Below are positions 61,101-64,000 of a stretch of DNA of 64,000 nucleotides, piece by piece. Below the pieces are notes generated by a model. The model saw only the letters and a program-made list of their open reading frames with translations, was not told the origin of the DNA and did not search any database. The DNA lies in contig JBHGNT010000003.1 of NCBI GenBank assembly GCA_043228905.1, positions 12,648,001 to 12,712,000 on the forward strand. Direction: 5' to 3'. Positions within the stretch are counted from its first letter, which is position 1. Every line of letters begins with the position of its first letter. A program made the position numbers and the translations under genes. This DNA is from Azolla caroliniana. Its lineage: Eukaryota; Plantae; Polypodiophyta.

Positions 61101-64000
61101 AAATTCATGGAGCACACGAGCAATCTCTCGAAAGAGTGGATCTTCGCCGGCTTGTGTCTGGTAGGCCTTGTTGGCCAGAGAGTATTCCCCAAAATATTTT
61201 CAGAGCTGCTCCGGGGTAGGGTTGTCGATGGTGAAGATGCCCCCCTCCGGAAGGCCAATCAACGCATGGATGGCCTCCTCCGTGATCAGCTCCATGTCGA
61301 TTTCTTTGACTATCTTCTCCACCTCTCGGTGCGGTGGTGCCTCCATGATTGTGAGGAAACCTTCTAACCCGTGTTGCCTTAGCCACTTCTTGGCTGCTTC
61401 AGAGAATGCTTGGCAGTCCATGGCTTCGTCGAGGTCGGTGAGCGCTGGTGAGGGTTGTGTGTGAGGAGTCTTTGTGTGCGTGGGCTCGCGTCTGCTGGTC
61501 TTCAATTGCTTGTCTGCGTTTGTGCTCCTCTATTCGCGAAATGTGAGGGTTTCTATGTGGCGAGGGTTTTCTTGTTGCATGTTGGCTCTTGTTTTTTCCT
61601 TACCCGTGCGTGTTCACGTCGTGTACTAAAATAGAATGTCGTGCCATGTGGCGGCGGTTTAATACCCTATTAATAGCCCACTACGTACCTTTTCAAAGTG
61701 CCTATTCACTCCTTGTTCTTGCATGTGTCCGTTCACCCCTCACCCTTGCATGATTTACTTTGATTTGATTTGATTTGAAATTATTTATTTATTTATATAT
61801 TTTTAATTTTATTTTTTTTAAAGATAACAATGGTTTTGTTAATTCGCATCCGGTCCCACTGGACCCCTATCCGGATTGTGGTCCTTGCCGGCCGCTGGAC
61901 TTCTTGCCGTCGCATCATTCTTGTCGTTTACCAGCTCGTGCTCCCTCTTACCGGCTTCACGTTTGCCGATTGCTAAACGTGTTGCCGTCTCTTCCGACTT
62001 ACTGGTATCCGGTTCTGTGTCGTCCTTTACTTGTTCAAATGGGTTTCTTGGCATGGGTCCATTGTATGGTTTGAGTCGGAACCCATTGACCCATTGACCC
62101 AGAACCTAGCTGGCAAGTGTCCCTAATTGGTAGGAACCGTTGAACTCACGCATAATCCAGTATGGTCCGGTCCACCGAAACCGTAGCTTTCCCGCATCTT
62201 ACCCATCCGGGTCTGGAACACGAGTACCGGCTTACCGATTCCGAACATCTTTTCGTTCCCTTTTCGGTGACGATCCACGAACGCTTTCCTTCGCCGCTGC
62301 TCTAGTTCTAGGTGCATGATGCTGACTAGCCGGTGTTCTTCCAATTCGCACAACGCGTTTAACCGGATAGCTTCCGATTCCTTCTCATTTAGGCGTTCCC
62401 GAATCTGTATTTGTAAACTCGGTACCTGGAACTCTACCGGCATCACTACTTCCAATCCGAATGCTAGGCAAAACGGTGTTGTGCGGATACTTGTCTTATA
62501 TGCCGTTCGGTAGGCCCAGAGTGCACTATGCAGCTTTGTATCCCAATCCGTCCGGTTCTCATTGACGATTTTTCGTAGGATAGTCTATAGTGTTTTATTT
62601 GTGGACTCTGCTAATCCGTTGGCTTGCGGATAATAGGGAGTGCTCCATTTGTGCACCACCGCATAAAATGTCGTCAAACTTTCCACTACCTGCCCTAAGA
62701 AGTGCCCACCTTGGTCACTTATGAGCTCTATCGGACATCCATACCAGCACTAGATGCATTCATATAAAATTTTTGCCGTGGATGCTGTGGTGTTGTCGCG
62801 TAGTGCTTTCGCTTCCACCCATTTCATGCAATAATCCGAAGCGACAATCACGTACCGGTTGTTGGTTCTCATTGCTGGTGGTTTGAATGGACCGACAAAA
62901 TCCCGGCCCCATTTTTGAAATGGTTCTAACGGTAGCACGGGCTAGTGAGGCATTCTTGTTTGTTCGGTTGGTTCGCCCATTCGTTGACATAGGTCACATT
63001 CTGTAGCGTACCAGACTCCATCCTTCAATGTTGTCGGCCACCATAGTCCACTCTGCCATATTTTCATTGCCATAGCGTCTTCGGCATAATGTCCTCCAGC
63101 CACGCCGCAGTGTGTTCACGTAATATTATTTCCTTTTCGTTGTTGCACATTGCATGCCGCCATATGCCATCTGCGCCTTTGTGGTACAGTGTCTCCTGTA
63201 ATAGGCAGAAGTGCCAGCTTTGAACCGCTAAGCGTTTCCTTTCATCTCTGTTCATCTCCTCTGCTCAGAAATTGGTGCATGTTGGTGAGCCACTTGTCTT
63301 CCTTTGCGACCGTACTATCCGATGCCGTTTCTGTTGTGACTCTAAACAGCTCTGCATCCGGAAAGTCGTCTGGGACGCCGTCAACGATTTTGCTAGAATC
63401 TAACCGGCTTAAATAGTCTGCTACCGCATGTCGTATGCCAGGTCGGTGGAATATCTCGAACTCGAATTCTTGTAATAGTAACGTCCACCGGGCTAGCTTA
63501 CCGGTGAGTGATGCTTTGGTCACCAAGTAGAGAAGTGCCGAATGATCTACGTGAAAGGAAAATTTCCTTCCCAACAGATAGTGTCTAAACTTGGTGACAC
63601 TGTAGATCATACCCAAAGCCTCCCTTTCCATTGTGGAATAATTACATTCCACTTGGGACAGCTTCCGGCTGGCATAATAGACTGGCTGGTACCAATTTGG
63701 TTCTGTAAGTTGCATCAGTGCGCTTTCGATTGTGATGTCGGACGCGTCAACGAACACATAGAACTCTTTAGACCAATCCGGAGGTTGCACCACTGGCGCT
63801 TGTGACAATAGAACTTTAAGTGCCCGGTAAGCCTGGTCTTATGTGTCCGTCCATCGGAACGATGTCCGATGTACCGCGGCATACAATGGTGTAGCCAGGT
63901 CTGCCAGATACCGGAGCATTCGGCTATGCCACCGAATTTGTCCTAAGAACTGGCTTAGTGCCTTTGCCGTGGCTAGTTTCAGTGCCTCTAGGATTGCTTT
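58103..64000 (-). mobile_element. Non-chromovirus Ty3/gypsy 3' part: RT end, RNase H, INT, extra ORF, 3' LTR 58103-58552
   Basis: RNase H FYVFVDASD..EREALGMI (63242-63808) and integrase PFQKWG.DFVGP (62750-62938). LTR TGTTA..TAACA is colinear with the 30122-30623 LTR. Confidence 0.88.
58600..61505 (-). pseudogene. Extra (non gag-pol) ORF of the gypsy element, coiled-coil rich, frameshifted
   Basis: Contiguous same-strand ORF chain 61200-61505, 60372-61115, 59854-60390, 59371-59826 and 58702-59370, lying between the integrase and the 3' LTR. Confidence 0.7.

Overview
This is land-plant nuclear DNA, most consistent with a fern or other seedless vascular plant. That is an inference from the PPR remnant style and the Tcn1-like and non-chromovirus gypsy lineages. 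Most of the window is nested LTR retrotransposons. Four Ty1/copia insertions have paired LTRs and target-site duplications (TSDs): 4664-10409 CTTCT, 14816-20100 TTGTG, 23111-26973 CAAAG and 46621-52104 CTTAT. There is also a solo LTR (32088-32597, ATCAT), several truncated copia and gypsy elements, and a LINE remnant. A small host island holds one intact, intronless ankyrin-repeat/transmembrane (ACD6/PGG-like) gene at 33480-35387 and a PPR remnant. The most notable signals are cis-elements. (1) A gypsy element has no polypurine tract (PPT) before its 3' LTR, and instead carries a tRNA-Arg-like 3' end including CCA, equivalent to an inverted primer-binding site (PBS), at 58555-58599. (2) Tcn1-like chromovirus LTRs carry antisense tRNA-like Pol III A/B-box modules at their U3 termini. 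(3) The same elements have Tf1-style self-priming sites whose sequences co-vary between families. (4) One copia lineage has duplicated PPTs and a conserved hairpin enclosing the PPT. All alignments were done by eye and no database searches were run.
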